The notes under the pieces are model-generated. The model was not told the DNA's origin, did not search any database, and saw only the letters and a program-made list of their open reading frames with translations. Positions 17,866-26,325 of a stretch of 64,000 nucleotides of DNA are shown in pieces (position 1 is the stretch's first letter; every line of letters begins with the position of its first letter). Made by a program: the position numbers and the translations under genes. Origin of the DNA: Gemmatimonadales bacterium (GTDB lineage Bacteria > Gemmatimonadota > Gemmatimonadetes > Gemmatimonadales > GWC2-71-9); assembly GCA_036556025.1 (NCBI GenBank), contig DATBKD010000046.1, positions 4,718 through 68,717 of the forward strand, in the 5' to 3' direction.

Positions 17866-18351
17866 ATGCGGGTTCCGCTCCTGCTCCTCACGCTCCTGTT
17901 GCCCGCGGGCGCAGCGGCTGAGACTGGGGTACCGGCTCGGCAGCATCCCATGCATACGGCCGTAGTCGAGATGAGTTATCAGCCCGCCAGCGGCCTCGTC
18001 GCGATTCAGGTCCGGGCCTTCCAGGATGACTTGAGGACGGCGGTCGCCTTCTCTCCCAACGGAGTGCCGGCCGACTCCGCCTTGGCCCGCTACGTTCGGA
18101 GCGCAGTGCATGTCATTGACCGCGTCGGTCGCGCGCTGCCACTCCACTGGGAAGGCGCGGAGCAGGCCGGCGATGCGATCGTGGTTCGCCTCACGGCTCC
18201 GGCGCCGGAGGGATTGGAGGGCGCACAGGTGTTGAGCGCCCTGCTCTGTGAGCGCTTCGAGGACCAGGTCAACATCGTTCGCGCAGCCTATGGCGGGCGA
18301 ACCACGACTCTGCTTTTCACCCGCGGCGACCGCGCCAAGACGCTTCCATGA
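17866..18351 (+). CDS. DUF6702-like exported protein
   Basis: ATG directly abuts the HupE stop. Signal peptide, then HPMHTAVVEMSYQPASGLVAIQVRAFQDDL, which matches my recollection of the DUF6702 N-terminal pattern. That family usually sits next to HupE/UreJ genes. Confidence 0.6.
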   Translation: MRVPLLLLTLLLPAGAAAETGVPARQHPMHTAVVEMSYQPASGLVAIQVRAFQDDLRTAVAFSPNGVPADSALARYVRSAVHVIDRVGRALPLHWEGAEQAGDAIVVRLTAPAPEGLEGAQVLSALLCERFEDQVNIVRAAYGGRTTTLLFTRGDRAKTLP

Positions 18352-18404
18352 CGGTGTCGCCGGCTGCTTGTGAACTGCCGAGACTGGCGTGTAGACTGAG
18401 GTTC

Positions 18405-19007
18405 ATGCCGAGCCAGACGATTCCGCCTGCGTCCGCCGATCGCGACCTCGTAGCGCAGGCCGCGGCCGGCGAGGAGAAGGCGATTGCCGTTCTCTACGAT
18501 CGGTACGGTGAAGTGCTGTATGCCGTCGCGTATCGCATCGTAGGACAGCGGGCGGATGCGGAAGAGGTCGTCATCGAGGCCTTTGCCCAGGCCTGGCGTG
18601 AGGCGCCGCGCTTCGAGGCGGCGCGGGGTTCCGTTGCGGGTTGGCTCACCACTATCGCGCGGAGCCGGGCATTGGATCTGGTACGTGCCAGGGTCCGGCG
18701 GGAGCGGATGGCGGCCTCGGCCGCAGCCGATCAGCCGGACGTCTCCCCGGCCATGGGAGACTGGCGAGGGGATCCTGGCGACTCACTGGAGCAGACCGAG
18801 CGCCGGCACCAGGTGCAGCTCGCGCTCGAGATTCTCTCTCCTCCACAGCGCAAGGCGATCGAGCTGGCGTACTTTGAGGGCCTGTCCCATTCGGAAATTG
18901 CCGAGCGCCTGCAGGAGCCACTTGGCACGATCAAGACCCGGGTCCGACTGGGTATGCAGAAGCTCAGGGAGTGTCTGCGGCCGTTCTACTTCGAGCGTGG
19001 CACATGA
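18405..19007 (+). CDS. ECF-type sigma-70 family RNA polymerase sigma factor
   Basis: Start at the ATG at 18405. Region 2 is YDRYGEVLYAVAYRIVGQRADAEEVVIEAFAQAW. Region 4 is LSPPQRKAIELAYFEGLSHSEIAERLQEPLGTIKTRVRLGMQKLR. Confidence 0.9.
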   Translation: MPSQTIPPASADRDLVAQAAAGEEKAIAVLYDRYGEVLYAVAYRIVGQRADAEEVVIEAFAQAWREAPRFEAARGSVAGWLTTIARSRALDLVRARVRRERMAASAAADQPDVSPAMGDWRGDPGDSLEQTERRHQVQLALEILSPPQRKAIELAYFEGLSHSEIAERLQEPLGTIKTRVRLGMQKLRECLRPFYFERGT

Positions 19008-19807
19008 GCCATTCCGACCAGGAATCGCCCCAGGATCTCGCTGCCGCGTACGCGCTGGGAGCGCTGGAGCCGGGAGAGGCGCGGCGCTTCGAAGCGTTCC
19101 TCGCCGGGTCACCCGAGGCCCAGCGCGAAGTCGCCGAGTTTCGCGAGGTGGCGGCGTTGCTGGCTCTGGGAGAGGCGGATACCGCCCCGGGTGCCAATCT
19201 GCGCGACCGGGTGCTCGCCCGGGTAGGCGGCGAAAAGACCCGTGCTCTACCGGTTGCGGAACCGACCGCCCGGCGGCGGATTCCATGGTTGATGTGGGGC
19301 GCGCTCGCGGCGTCCCTCGCGCTGGCAGTGGGATTGGCAGCCGAGGTGCTTTCGCAGCGGCAGGATCTGGCCGATCTCAAGGGGGAGGTTGCCAATCGAG
19401 ACCAGGTCCTGGCGGAGCGCCTCCAGCAACTCAGGGCCCGCGAGGCCACGCTCAATGCCCTCATGGAACCGGGTGTCGAGCTGTACCAGCTCTCCGCCAG
19501 CGGAGACCCCGAACCGGGCATTCAGCTTTTCTGGAACCGGGAGAAGAACGTGGCGATCGTACACGGCTTCCGACTCAAGCCAGTCCCGTCCGGACATGCC
19601 TACCAACTTTGGTTCATCGAGGACGGCAAGCCGGTCCCCTCGGTGACCTTCAAGCCCGAACCTTCCGGGCACGCCAAGGTCGAGGGCGTGACCGTCCCCA
19701 CCGCAGGAGAATTGAGCGCCGCGGCCATAACCGTGGAGCCGGAGGGCGGTTCGCCTCAGCCGACCTCTCCCATCCTCCTGGTAGGGTCGCTCCAGAAAAA
19801 GTCGTGA
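19004..19807 (+). CDS. Anti-sigma factor, RskA (anti-sigma-K) type
   Basis: ATGA overlap with the sigma stop. N-terminal AAAYALGALEPGEARRFEAFL, a single TM segment (WLMWGALAASLALAVGLAA) and a C-terminal YQLWFIEDGKPVPS...ITVEPEGGSPQPTSP domain. Confidence 0.8.
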   Translation: MSHSDQESPQDLAAAYALGALEPGEARRFEAFLAGSPEAQREVAEFREVAALLALGEADTAPGANLRDRVLARVGGEKTRALPVAEPTARRRIPWLMWGALAASLALAVGLAAEVLSQRQDLADLKGEVANRDQVLAERLQQLRAREATLNALMEPGVELYQLSASGDPEPGIQLFWNREKNVAIVHGFRLKPVPSGHAYQLWFIEDGKPVPSVTFKPEPSGHAKVEGVTVPTAGELSAAAITVEPEGGSPQPTSPILLVGSLQKKS

Positions 19808-20661
19808 TCGGCTGGCACAGATCCGCGGTCCTGCTGGCAGGCTTCGCCGCCGGTGTCGTCGCCCCGCTCGCGTCTCAGGTTCCGAGTGACCTCTCCCGGG
19901 AACGGGCTGCCTTCGCCAACTGGCTCCGTTCCGCCCCGACCTCACCCTTCGCCGCGCTGGCACGCGAGCCCATCGGCCAGGGACTCGGCTTGGGCCCAAC
20001 CGGTGCGAGCATCCCCCTTCAAGGCCTGGAGCCGCAGCGCGTGGTCGAGCGGGACGGGCTGGTGACGCTGGAATCCCCACGGGGGCGTCGGTCCGTACCG
20101 CGCGGCAGGCCCATTCACCTAGGCAAGTACGCCATCGTGGCGGACGGGCCGGCAGATCGCGGCGTTCTTACGGTGTACGGCGCACCGGCGGTGCGAACCA
20201 CGCCGCAATACTTCCCCTATCAGCAGAGCCTGGTCTATGAGGGCGGACTGAGGCCGCCGGAGCATCCGGGGCAGGTGCGGATTCTGTCGCTGGAGGGGAC
20301 GGAGGTCGATGCCAACGAAGCGGGCACCGTTGAGATTCCGGTCGACGACACCAAGGCCCGCCTGCGGGTGCTCCGGATCCCGCTGGGACCGGGAGAGGAA
20401 TCCGATCTGCAGATCTTTTTTCGCGACGGGACCAATGGTAGCGGCACCTACCCCGCCGGCCGCTTCGTGTCGCTCTTGCCCCTGGGAGGCGGACGGTACC
20501 GGCTGGACTTCAACCGCGCCCGCAATCCCTTCTGCGCCTACAACCCAACCTACCCCTGCCCCGCGCCCTGGCGAGGCAACACCATTGCGTCGCCGATCCG
20601 CGCCGGAGAGCGCTATGCCGGCGGCGGCCTCGACGCTGCTCCGGCCGAGGGCAAGAAGTGA
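19804..20661 (+). CDS. DUF1684 domain-containing exported protein
   Basis: GTGA overlap with the anti-sigma stop. Signal peptide. FFRDGTNGSGTYPAGRF...LDFNRARNPFCAYNPTYPCPAPWRGN..IRAGE is the DUF1684 signature. The upstream 416 codons of track ORF 18556..20661 are a shadow frame over the sigma and anti-sigma genes. Confidence 0.8.
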   Translation: MIGWHRSAVLLAGFAAGVVAPLASQVPSDLSRERAAFANWLRSAPTSPFAALAREPIGQGLGLGPTGASIPLQGLEPQRVVERDGLVTLESPRGRRSVPRGRPIHLGKYAIVADGPADRGVLTVYGAPAVRTTPQYFPYQQSLVYEGGLRPPEHPGQVRILSLEGTEVDANEAGTVEIPVDDTKARLRVLRIPLGPGEESDLQIFFRDGTNGSGTYPAGRFVSLLPLGGGRYRLDFNRARNPFCAYNPTYPCPAPWRGNTIASPIRAGERYAGGGLDAAPAEGKK

Positions 20662-21848
20662 GGCCCTCCGCTCTGCTGTTGCTCCTGGTAGTGACGGGGG
20701 CGTCTCCATCGCCCGCCGGGCGTTGGCGGGCGGCGCTCGAGCTCGCGGGGGGCGAGCTTCGCTTCGGGCTCACGATCAATGCCGAGGGCAGCGGCTGGCG
20801 AGGCGAGCTGTGCAACGGATCTCGGTGCGAGGCGCTCTCCGCCGTTCGCATTGAGCAGGACAGCGCCGTCTTCGAGATGGCCGACTACGACGCGGTGATC
20901 ACCGCCAAGCTTCGAGGCGATTCGCTTTCCGGAGAATACCGCAACGTCGGCATCCGGGGGCCGCGGGTCATCCCCTTTCGCGCGGCGCGGGGACACTGGC
21001 CTGTGAGCCGCGCGCCCGCCGCGCTGCTGGGGCGATGGGACGCCACCTTCCTGCAGGACTGGGGCACCAGCCCGCGGGTGCTGGAATTTCGGAATGGCAA
21101 AGCCGGCCTGGAAGGTACCATCATCTCCAATACCGGCGACTATGGTCACTTTGCCGGCGGGGCTGCGGGAGACAGCTTCGCCATCGCGCACTTTGACGGC
21201 TCATTCGTGTATCTGCTCGACGGTGCCCTGCACGGCGACACCCTTCGGGGCGTGTTTCACGCCGGCCTTCGTACCGAAGTCCGATGGATCGCAGTCCGAA
21301 GCGCCGGTCGTCCGCACTTGAAGTCGCCTTCCGAGGTGACCACGGCTGACACGACAGAGCCATTCCACTTCGAGTTTCCAGCCCTCGATGGTCGGACCAT
21401 CAATGAGGGCGATCCGCGTTTCCGCGGCAAAGTGGTGCTGGTGGACATCTTCGGGAGCTGGTGCCCCACGTGTCACGACGCCGCTCCGGAGCTCGTCCGG
21501 CTCTACCGGCGCTATCACGCCCGCGGTCTCGGGATGGTCGGCCTGGCCTATGAGGTCACCGGCGACACGGCCATTGACGCCCGACTGGTCCGGCGCTTTC
21601 GCGACAAGTTTGGAATCCCCTTTCCTCTGCTCCTGGCGGGAGTCAGCGACGTGGAGTCGGCCGCGGCGACCCTGCCCCAGCTGCACGGCTTCACCGCCTT
21701 CCCCACGACTATTCTGTTGGGTCGAGATGGTAAGATCCGGCGAGTGCACGCCGGCTTTTACGGGCCGGCGACCGGGGCCCAGCATGCCCGGTTGATCCAG
21801 CAATGGCAGCGGGAGATCGAGGCACTCCTGGCGGAACGGCCCGGATGA
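20658..21848 (+). CDS. TlpA/redoxin-family thiol-disulfide oxidoreductase with an N-terminal beta-rich domain
   Basis: GTGA overlap with the upstream stop. Signal peptide. C-terminal thioredoxin fold with VLVDIFGSWCPTCHDAAPEL (WCxxC). Confidence 0.8.
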   Translation: MRPSALLLLLVVTGASPSPAGRWRAALELAGGELRFGLTINAEGSGWRGELCNGSRCEALSAVRIEQDSAVFEMADYDAVITAKLRGDSLSGEYRNVGIRGPRVIPFRAARGHWPVSRAPAALLGRWDATFLQDWGTSPRVLEFRNGKAGLEGTIISNTGDYGHFAGGAAGDSFAIAHFDGSFVYLLDGALHGDTLRGVFHAGLRTEVRWIAVRSAGRPHLKSPSEVTTADTTEPFHFEFPALDGRTINEGDPRFRGKVVLVDIFGSWCPTCHDAAPELVRLYRRYHARGLGMVGLAYEVTGDTAIDARLVRRFRDKFGIPFPLLLAGVSDVESAAATLPQLHGFTAFPTTILLGRDGKIRRVHAGFYGPATGAQHARLIQQWQREIEALLAERPG

Positions 21849-21908
21849 GCGGTAGCTTGATCCCCTGACGACATCCTTGGTCCCCGAGCCTCACCGAGGA
21901 GGGGTACA

Positions 21909-23330
21909 ATGGCGGGGCTGCTTTCCAGAGAACGCATTGTTGCCCGGCCAGGCTTCAACCGCTGGCTCGTCCCCCCCGCCGCCCTTGCCATTCATCTCTC
22001 CATCGGCCAGGTCTATGCCTTCAGTGTATTCAATCTCCCGCTCAGCCGGAGCATCGGGATAACCGAATCCGTGGCGGGTGACTGGAAGCTCACTACACTA
22101 GGCTGGATCTTCACTCTGGCCATCGTCTGCCTCGGCCTTTCCGCCGCCCTGTTCGGCAAGTGGCTCGAGCATGCCGGGCCTCGGAAAGCTGGAGTAGTTG
22201 CCGCGTGCTGCTGGGGCGGCGGTTTTCTCGTCGCTGCGGTGGGAGTGCGGGCCCACAACATCTGGCTGCTCTACCTGGGGTATGGGATCATTGGCGGCAT
22301 CGGGCTCGGACTAGGCTACATCTCTCCTGTGTCCACCCTGATCAAGTGGTTCCCGGATCACCGAGGCATGGCGACCGGGATGGCGATCATGGGCTTCGGC
22401 GGCGGAGCCCTGATCGGCGCGCCCCTGGCTGATGCGTTGATGAAGCATTACGCCAGCCCCACCTCGGTGGGCGTATGGCAGACCTTCGTTACGATGGGAC
22501 TCATCTACTTTGTGGCCATGATGGCTGGTGCCTTCGGCTACCGGATCCCTCCCGCAGGCTGGACGGTGGCGTCACCAGCGCATCAACACCGAGCACTCGC
22601 CACCGAGCATGCTGCGCTACGCAGCGGGATGATCACCACCCGTCACGTCCATGTGAGCCAGGCCTGGAAGACCACGCAATTCTGGTTGCTCTGGATGGTG
22701 CTCTGCATGAACGTGAGCGCCGGCATCGGGGTCCTGGGGCAGGCTTCTCCGATGATCCAGGAAGTGTTCCGGGGCCGGGTCAGCGCCTCCGCAGCGGCCG
22801 GGTTTGTGGGTCTGCTGAGTCTCGCCAACATCGGGGGACGAATCGGCTGGGCCTCGCTCTCCGACTACCTCGGCCGCAAGCGAACCTATTTCGTGTTCTT
22901 CGCCTTGGGCACCGTGCTCTACGCGCTGGCTCCCTGGGCCGGGCGGATCGGAAGCGTGGTGCTGTTCGTTCTCATCTTTTGCTTGATCCTGACGATGTAC
23001 GGCGGCGGCTTCGCGACCATTCCGGCCTACCTCGCGGACATCTTCGGCACCCAGTTCGTTGGCGCGATCCACGGCCGTTTGCTCACGGCGTGGTCGACGG
23101 CGGGCGTCCTGGGTCCGGTTCTGGTCAACTACATCCGCCAGTACCAGCTCGATCAGGGGATACCGAAGGCGGCGGCGTACAACTTTACCATGTACGTACT
23201 CGCGGCCCTGCTGGTCGTGGGGTTCTTCTGCAACCTGGCGGTTCGAGCGGTGGCCGAGCGCTATTACATGTCGGATCAGGAGCTGGCGCAGGAGACCGCC
23301 GCCGGTGCCGCCATTCGGCGGACCGGGTGA
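21909..23330 (+). CDS. MFS transporter, oxalate/formate antiporter (OFA) family
   Basis: 473 aa with about 12 hydrophobic segments. The N-terminus RWLVPPAALAIHLSIGQVYAFSVF is characteristic of OFA-type MFS proteins. SD GAGGAGGGG lies upstream. Confidence 0.85.
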   Translation: MAGLLSRERIVARPGFNRWLVPPAALAIHLSIGQVYAFSVFNLPLSRSIGITESVAGDWKLTTLGWIFTLAIVCLGLSAALFGKWLEHAGPRKAGVVAACCWGGGFLVAAVGVRAHNIWLLYLGYGIIGGIGLGLGYISPVSTLIKWFPDHRGMATGMAIMGFGGGALIGAPLADALMKHYASPTSVGVWQTFVTMGLIYFVAMMAGAFGYRIPPAGWTVASPAHQHRALATEHAALRSGMITTRHVHVSQAWKTTQFWLLWMVLCMNVSAGIGVLGQASPMIQEVFRGRVSASAAAGFVGLLSLANIGGRIGWASLSDYLGRKRTYFVFFALGTVLYALAPWAGRIGSVVLFVLIFCLILTMYGGGFATIPAYLADIFGTQFVGAIHGRLLTAWSTAGVLGPVLVNYIRQYQLDQGIPKAAAYNFTMYVLAALLVVGFFCNLAVRAVAERYYMSDQELAQETAAGAAIRRTG

Positions 23331-23406
23331 GCAGGGTTTGCATAAAGTCCGGTGCCTCTGAATATTGTTTCAGGCGGGGACACCGGCGAGTCGAGGGGAG
23401 GTCCGG

Positions 23407-23544
23407 GTGACGCAGGATGGTGGGTCGTCAGAGCCGCGGCCCGGCCAATGGGGGCTGGTCGCACTGGCATGGCTGCTGGTGGGGATTCCGCTGGCCTGGG
23501 GAATCTGGAACACGTTGCTGAAAGCGGTGGCGCTCTTCCAGTAG
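23407..23544 (+). CDS. Candidate 45-aa single-TM peptide (MFS-transporter-associated small subunit-like)
   Basis: Not in the ORF track (below 60 aa). GTG at 23407 is preceded by GAGGGGAGG. Translation: VTQDGGSSEPRPGQWGLVALAWLLVGIPLAWGIWNTLLKAVALFQ*. Trp-rich TM helix, G/C-rich third positions, 76 nt downstream of the MFS gene. Confidence 0.5.
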   Translation: MTQDGGSSEPRPGQWGLVALAWLLVGIPLAWGIWNTLLKAVALFQ

Positions 23545-24460
23545 CCGGGCGGAAGCTGGCCTGGTTCCGTGGTCACCAGCGCAACTTATTGCACTCCTTG
23601 GAGTTGACGAGCTGGTGGCCATGCTCCGACCAGTTCATCGGAATTCAGGGGACTTGACGCGCGGACGGTTGAAGCCAGATTGTAACCCGTCAAGAACTTA
23701 GAACATCTGACCCTGAGGCGCCCCCAAGCGCCCTCTCCGCGGTCTCGAGGCCGCTCAACCACGTCAGTGCGATCCCGTGCAGCGGGATCCCCGCCGTCGT
23801 TCGAAGAGACGGCACCAGCCCCGTGACGCCACCCCAAGCCGGTCAGGCGGCGACACGATCGAAGCGAAGGCAGGTCGGCGCAGCCGGGGCCGACCACACC
23901 GAGCCGGGCCCATCGGTCATCCAATCGGGTCCTCGCCGCCCGGAGCGGCCACACGCACCTGGATCCTCCTGTCAGGGAGTGGTCATGCTCAAGAGTTCGC
24001 GTTGGTCGACGGCCTCCACGAGTTCCGGTTTCAATCCCCCGCCGAGCCTCGCGCTCGGTCACGCGGCATTGGTGTTCGGCCGGTCGGCCGACGCCGCCGC
24101 AATGACAAACTGAGATTGTCGGCAGTGGCCGGTAGGTATCCCGTCACCGGGAAACTTGCCGGTCTGTTGTTTGGAGGGCTTGAGGTGCGGCAGATGTGTT
24201 TTTTCCGAAGTTGCGCCGCTGCGGCAGATTCCGGTTCCCCTTCGGCGCCAACGAGTACGCGAGCCGGATCAGCGACGTCCACTGGTGGGAAATGCGCCGG
24301 CCGCATCCCACCGGTACGCGTTTTGGGAGGTGAACGCATCGCTCACTTGCCCCACAACTGATGCCGCGCGCAGAGGCGCGGTCACGTCTGTTGGTACAGG
24401 CTTTCGTCCCGAAGTTTGGCTGTCGTTGGCGGTCATCCTTACTCTGAGGGAGAAGCACCT

Positions 24461-25702
24461 ATGAAGCGAATCGCACTGTTGTGCTTGGGTCTGGCGTTAG
24501 GAGCGGCCAATGCCGCCGAAGCCCAGCTGACGATGCAGATGTCCAACGGCTGGAGCTTTACCTTCGCCGGTAACGTGAACGCGTTCCTGGTGTACGACGA
24601 CGTGAGCAATGGCGGGACGGCCGTTCCCGGCGGCATCGTCCCGGCCGTCGACCCGCTCGGCGGCAAGGGCGCCACGGGCATCCGGACGGGGTTGCTCCCG
24701 GCCTTCGCGGTCTTCGACGCCAAGGGCAAAGAGGGGGAAACCGATCTCGGCGTACACTTCGGATTCGCACCCCAGATTCAGTGCGCGTACACCGACGCGG
24801 GGCAGGGGGGCAGTGTCGGCGGTCAGGGCCACGACTGCTTCGGAGCCCAGATCGACATGCGTCAGGTGTTTCTGACCGTCGGCGGGACCTGGGGTCAGAT
24901 CCTCGCGGGCCGCGAGCTCGGTCTTTTCCAGCGGCAGAACATTCTTAACGATCAAACCCTGTTCGGCGTGGGCGGCACGGGTGGTCCGGCCGGCGGCGGT
25001 ACGACCCTGGGCCGCATCGGCTTCGGCTACATCTATCCGCAGTTCAAGGCGCAGATGACCTATTCCAGCCCGGCAGGACGTCCGACCCAGATCTCCATCG
25101 GCCTGTTCCAGCCGGCCACCAACCCGCCCTTTGAAACGGTGCAGATCCCGCGGCTCGAGGCGGAAGGCGTCTGGAGCTCGGGCAGCAACAAGGTGTGGGT
25201 CAGCGCCCTGGCGCAGAGCAACAAGACTCCCGACGTCGGCGGCGGCAGCGAGAGCGGCTTCGCCTGGGGCGGGTCGGCCGGCTTCCGGATCGGCAGCCCG
25301 ATGTGGTCGGCGACGGCGTCCGGGTACTACGGCAAGGGCATCGGGACCACGCTGATGTTTCTCAACGGTGCCACCGACGCCGAAGGCGGCGCGGGCGGCA
25401 GCGACGACCTGCGGAAGTCCTATGGCGGGTATGGCCAGCTCACGGTCACGCCGGCCAATAGCAAGGTCACCATCGCCGGCAGCTGGGGCATCAGCATCCT
25501 CAAGCCCTCTAACTTTGAGTCCGACAACGGCGTCGACGACAAGACCAAGAACTGGTTGGCCTCCGGCGGGATCTACTATCAGGCCACCAAGTCCCTCAAG
25601 GTGGTCGGCGAGTTCAACTACGCGGTCACCTCGGATGGGGTCGACGGGACCGACGACAACAAGGAAATCGCGCCGGCGTTCGGCTTCATGCTGTTCTTCT
25701 AA
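24461..25702 (+). CDS. Outer-membrane porin (beta-barrel)
   Basis: ATG at 24461 preceded by GAGGGAGAAG. Signal peptide ending AEAQ. Alternating beta-strand pattern, Gly/Asn/Tyr-rich, with a C-terminal aromatic residue (FGFMLFF). Confidence 0.7.
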   Translation: MKRIALLCLGLALGAANAAEAQLTMQMSNGWSFTFAGNVNAFLVYDDVSNGGTAVPGGIVPAVDPLGGKGATGIRTGLLPAFAVFDAKGKEGETDLGVHFGFAPQIQCAYTDAGQGGSVGGQGHDCFGAQIDMRQVFLTVGGTWGQILAGRELGLFQRQNILNDQTLFGVGGTGGPAGGGTTLGRIGFGYIYPQFKAQMTYSSPAGRPTQISIGLFQPATNPPFETVQIPRLEAEGVWSSGSNKVWVSALAQSNKTPDVGGGSESGFAWGGSAGFRIGSPMWSATASGYYGKGIGTTLMFLNGATDAEGGAGGSDDLRKSYGGYGQLTVTPANSKVTIAGSWGISILKPSNFESDNGVDDKTKNWLASGGIYYQATKSLKVVGEFNYAVTSDGVDGTDDNKEIAPAFGFMLFF

Positions 25703-25729
25703 GCCGACACTCCGCGAACCAGCGGGACA

Positions 25730-25762
25730 CCGGCGGCTCCTCATGGGGCCGCCGGTTTTTCT
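25730..25762 (+). terminator. Rho-independent terminator of the porin gene
   Basis: CCGGCGGC-loop-GCCGCCGG stem followed by TTTTTCTT, 28 nt after the stop. Confidence 0.65.
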
Positions 25763-25827
25763 TGCCCCCAGCCGGTGGTAGATTCCACGCCGCGACTCAC
25801 TCCCCTTGCTGACGAGGCTTCATACCG

Positions 25828-26277
25828 ATGCGCTCCCCCGCGTGTTTCGCGATTCTCTGTGTGCTCGCCGGCTGTGCCGCCGGCAGCCTGGACTCCACCC
25901 TCACCGCGGCGAGCCCCTCGCCGATGCCGGACGTGTTTGCCTGCGCGAGACAGCAGGTCAAAGCGCTGGACTTCGATCAGACCTCGCTGGACGTGAAGGA
26001 CTATCGACTCACGGCCAAGCGCTACGACCAGACGGTGACCCGGCCTGACGTGCGATTCCACCGGTTGGTCGACCGCCTGGAGATCGAGACCGTGCCCGCC
26101 AGCGGCGCCGGTGCGCTGACCAAGCTCACCGTCACGGCCAGGACGTTTGCCGACCTTGCCACCCAGCGAGGGCCCACCGAAGAGCAGGAGCGCCCGTCGG
26201 AAACGGTGCGGAACGCGGCCCAGAAAATTGTCGAGCGGTGTGGGGGCGAGGTGGCCCCGGCTCCCGATGCGGGCTAG
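25828..26277 (+). CDS. Lipoprotein of unknown function
   Basis: Signal peptide with lipobox CVLAGC-AAG. 149 aa with G/C-rich third positions. Confidence 0.6.
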   Translation: MRSPACFAILCVLAGCAAGSLDSTLTAASPSPMPDVFACARQQVKALDFDQTSLDVKDYRLTAKRYDQTVTRPDVRFHRLVDRLEIETVPASGAGALTKLTVTARTFADLATQRGPTEEQERPSETVRNAAQKIVERCGGEVAPAPDAG

Positions 26278-26325
26278 GTTTCCCGCGGAAACCAGGCACA
26301 CCGTTTCGTTCGCTGGGAGAGCGCA

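Noticed and set aside
18556-19803. N-terminal 416 codons of the 701-aa track ORF 18556..20661
   Set aside because: This part is out-of-frame overlap with the sigma and anti-sigma genes and is extremely Arg/Gly/Pro/Ser-rich. The recognisable DUF1684 protein starts at the GTG at 19804 with a signal peptide.
24270-24320. Cobalamin-riboswitch-like strings (ccactggtgggaaatgcg) upstream of the porin
   Set aside because: The order and spacing of the pieces do not match the B12-box architecture. The segment folds as a simple local hairpin. Only an Infernal scan could settle it.
23586-24361. ORFs 23586..24062 (minus strand) and 23777..24361 (plus strand) in the long gap
   Set aside because: They are Arg/Pro/Gly/Ser-rich. 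Third-position G+C is clearly lower than in flanking genes. There is no SD and no motifs. The region is treated as non-coding or unknown.
24497-25744. 415-aa minus-strand ORF
   Set aside because: It is antisense to the porin gene, which has a signal peptide, beta-strand pattern, C-terminal Phe and its own terminator.
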